Part shown: one piece after another, positions 61,476 through 64,000 of the stretch
Position numbering within the stretch: position 1 is the first letter of the stretch
Layout: each line of letters starts with the position of its first letter
Assembly: GCA_000165345.1 (NCBI GenBank)
Contig: CM000435.1
Span: 672,001-736,000 of the forward strand
Length of the DNA: 64,000 bases
Direction: 5' to 3'
Notes under the pieces: model-generated
The model's database searches: none
What the model was told of the DNA's origin: nothing
What the model saw: the letters and a program-made list of their open reading frames with translations, nothing else
Program-made: the position numbers and the translations under genes

Positions 61476-62669
61476 TTATTTTGAATAATTCATTTTATAA
61501 ATGTAATTTATGTACCTATTTATATTATTTTTGAAAAGCCATGCAACAAATGTGTCTAGCAACGACATTATTGAATAAATCCCTCCAACAATGGCACAAA
61601 AAGATGTAATTAAGTGAGATATTGGAACCCTCTTGTAAATCTTCTGCAATAAAAATGGTTGAAAATCGTAAACAATAAAAATTCCAGGAAGCCCTGACAA
61701 TTCACCATTTTGCACGTGAACATCTCTTTCTCTTTCTGTAAATGCATACTGATTCCCATAGAGATTAACTTCACCATTACCTGAAAAATATTGAGTTGGT
61801 ATTAGTTTTACATAGTAGTGAAACATCTTTGTACCTTTGTGTACAAATTTTTGAATATTTTCTAATGGGGAAAACAAAAAAGGTATTTTATCTGAGCCAA
61901 ATCTTAATTCATGAATTATATGGCTTGTGTTAAACCCTCTAGAAACATCATTCATATTGAATTCATGAACATGCTTTCCATTTTTTATAGTTGCAGTTCC
62001 TAGTGCGACATGAATATTTCCTGAAACCTTGTTTACCTGCATTCTTCCGTTGATTCTGCATCCTACTTTCTCAATACATTGGGGTGCCTTACTTACAATA
62101 TCTAAATACGACCATCCTTTGGATCGATATGCAGTTTTTAGAGAATCACAATCATTACAACATAAAAATTCATTAGTTTCTGCCCCATAGCAGCTCATGC
62201 ATTCAATCTTTAAATCATTTTGTTGGTTATATTTAATATTACGCACTTCTTGTCCATTCAAATCAATCGGAATTTTGACCATATATTCTTTCGAATCTAC
62301 TTGATTTTCGCCAACATAATCCACACTATCAACGGAAATTTCTTCGCATCTCAATCTTGGAAAGGTAATATCTAGCATAATGTCTAATTTGTTATTAATT
62401 GTATTATCCACTCCTATATTATCTATCATTTCACCTTTAAAATACTTGAAAATTTCATTTAATGTTAGAAAAAACACAATAATATATACGAGTAGAGAAA
62501 TAATGCTCCTACTTGTTGACTTAACACAATAATCTTCATGTATTTTTCCATATATATCTATTTTCTTAACTTTTGTTTGCAAAGCTTCATTAGTTTTCAC
62601 TATATTTCCTAAAACTATATCTCTTTTTCTCTGTCGTAGAGTAGAACTTTCACCATAGGTTGCTTCCAT
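61476..62669 (-). CDS. ERGIC/Erv41/Erv46-family ER-Golgi cargo receptor-like protein (two TM helices flanking a luminal domain)
   Basis: N-terminal KKIDIYGKI (compare ERGIC3 FDAYPKT) followed by a TM helix, a luminal Cys-containing domain (CMSCYGAE..CCNDCDS) and a C-terminal TM (ITSFCAIVGGIYSIMSLL). Confidence 0.55.
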   Translation of the reverse strand: MEATYGESSTLRQRKRDIVLGNIVKTNEALQTKVKKIDIYGKIHEDYCVKSTSRSIISLLVYIIVFFLTLNEIFKYFKGEMIDNIGVDNTINNKLDIMLDITFPRLRCEEISVDSVDYVGENQVDSKEYMVKIPIDLNGQEVRNIKYNQQNDLKIECMSCYGAETNEFLCCNDCDSLKTAYRSKGWSYLDIVSKAPQCIEKVGCRINGRMQVNKVSGNIHVALGTATIKNGKHVHEFNMNDVSRGFNTSHIIHELRFGSDKIPFLFSPLENIQKFVHKGTKMFHYYVKLIPTQYFSGNGEVNLYGNQYAFTERERDVHVQNGELSGLPGIFIVYDFQPFLLQKIYKRVPISHLITSFCAIVGGIYSIMSLLDTFVAWLFKNNINRYINYIYKMNYSK

Positions 62670-62953
62670 GATTTAAAGTGGCAATACAAAAATTCTTGTT
62701 TTTTAATGCAATCTTTAAATAGTAAAATCTATTCTTTTCCCGGTTAATCAATTTGCCTCTCAAAAACTGCTGCCACTCAACACACAACAAAGGCGCGTAA
62801 AAAAAGAATATACAAGATTAATATCAAAAATTTAATCAGTTTAAGTATTAGTTTTACCATTTTTCTTTAAAATAAAAATTGGAATTATATATTTTTACTC
62901 AAACTATGTTATTTCTGAAGTTCTAATTAAATAATATTTTTTTAAGGTGAAAA

Positions 62954-63517
62954 ATGAATGAGTTAGATCAAGAATATGTTCAGGAAAAGATCCATGAATT
63001 TTTGGATGACGAACGCCTGATCAAGAGTATTAAGAGTTATTTAAGGATTCATATTACAAAGGCTTTAAGGAAAAAAAGTAATATAAAATTTAATTTGCTT
63101 CAAGATGAAAAACTTGTGATTTTATTTAAACTTATTCATGAATTTTTAAATTTTTATGAAATAAATAATACTTGCAGGATGTTAGAAGAGGAATGTGCTG
63201 ACATTTTTCAAGTGAATATAGAAGCATTTGATGATAGGCTAGGCGAATTAGGAGCTTTAAATGGTGGCTCAGAATGCAACACAAAAATTGAAACTCTACT
63301 TGAAAATAAATTGTTTTGTAGAGAAAAATGCGAAATTGACGAAGTTACAAATACAGTGTTAATTGAGGCAAGTAATTGTATTGAGTCTTTACAAGATGAA
63401 ATTAAAACGTTACACAATGCTTACTTTGAGCAAGTAAATACAGCTAGAGAAATCATGGAAAAGAAAGTATCAAATATAGAGAAATTATATTTAGAATCCC
63501 TACTTAGAAATGATTAA
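62954..63517 (+). CDS. Hypothetical protein (187 aa), helical
   Basis: ORF with a verified ATG. No family recognised. Confidence 0.45.
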   Translation: MNELDQEYVQEKIHEFLDDERLIKSIKSYLRIHITKALRKKSNIKFNLLQDEKLVILFKLIHEFLNFYEINNTCRMLEEECADIFQVNIEAFDDRLGELGALNGGSECNTKIETLLENKLFCREKCEIDEVTNTVLIEASNCIESLQDEIKTLHNAYFEQVNTAREIMEKKVSNIEKLYLESLLRND

Positions 63518-63768
63518 ATAGCGATAATTGGTTATTCAATGTCTGAAAGTTATTTCTGTGATATGAAGATATTCGTTGAATGTTTATTGGCTGGTTTATT
63601 TATTAAAGAAAAGACTTAATTGGATACAAGTCTATTTTTTTTTTTTTTTTTCTTTACTAAAGTTTTATTTAGAAATTGCTATTAAACTATTAATAACAAT
63701 AACTTTCGTATTTATCTATTAATAAATTAGTTTATGCTGATAATTAAAATTTTAAAATTTACATGAAT

Positions 63769-64000
63769 TCATAATTGAACCATTTTTCTTCCACAATAGT
63801 TCAATTCCATCGTTTTCTTTATTTTTTGGATTTCAGATATTCTCTTTCCATTGGAAATTTTTTCGTTCTCGCTCAATTCATTTTCTAAATTAGATCCTAT
63901 TACGTAATCATCAAAAATGTAGTATTCAAAGAATACATAGTAAATTCCACTGTTCCTAATTAACTTTCCCTGTAAATCAAAAACATTAATAGCATAAACT
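63769..64000 (-). CDS. Partial ORF (C-terminal about 77 codons; the 5' end lies beyond the window end)
   Basis: Hand translation of the minus strand is open from the window end to TGA (reverse complement 63769-63771): ...FDLQGKLIRNSGIYYVFFEYYIFDDYVIGSNLENELSENEK... Confidence 0.3.
   Translation of the reverse strand, partial: VYAINVFDLQGKLIRNSGIYYVFFEYYIFDDYVIGSNLENELSENEKISNGKRISEIQKIKKTMELNYCGRKMVQL

Overview
This is a very AT-rich (about 70% AT), gene-dense eukaryotic nuclear sequence, not a prokaryotic one. It uses the standard genetic code with TAA, TAG and TGA stops, and carries about 35 protein-coding genes on both strands. Intergenic spacers are mostly 100-800 nt, and several convergent gene pairs end only 19-28 nt apart. 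Most genes are single-exon. At least six genes have short spliceosomal introns (43-78 nt, GTAAG[T/C] donor, (T)TAG acceptor) that the six-frame ORF track misses. Gene content, base composition and the rare very short introns fit an intron-poor apicomplexan such as Cryptosporidium. That assignment is an inference from the sequence, with no database check.

The ORF track counts TTG and GTG as start codons, so I re-derived several 5' ends to the first ATG or to an upstream spliced exon.

Products I recognise from motifs:
- MCM5, importin-beta, coatomer delta, proteasome Rpn8
- mRNA cap guanine-N7 methyltransferase, ethanolamine-phosphate cytidylyltransferase, pyruvate decarboxylase
- Maf1, SLBP-like RNA-binding domain, TAF13-like histone fold
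- rhomboid protease, papain-family cysteine protease, S1/P1 nuclease
- two protein kinases (one DYRK-like), dynactin p27-like, inositol polyphosphate kinase
- gamma-tubulin-complex (Spc97/98)-like, ataxin-2-like, ERGIC/Erv41/46-like
- UBC9, which is found only after splicing and is absent from the ORF track

I also see a 1275-aa protein with about 22 tandem 27-aa repeats, recurrent GC-rich promoter boxes, and (TA)n/poly-A/poly-T microsatellites in promoters. I recognised no rRNA, tRNA, CRISPR array or transposon.
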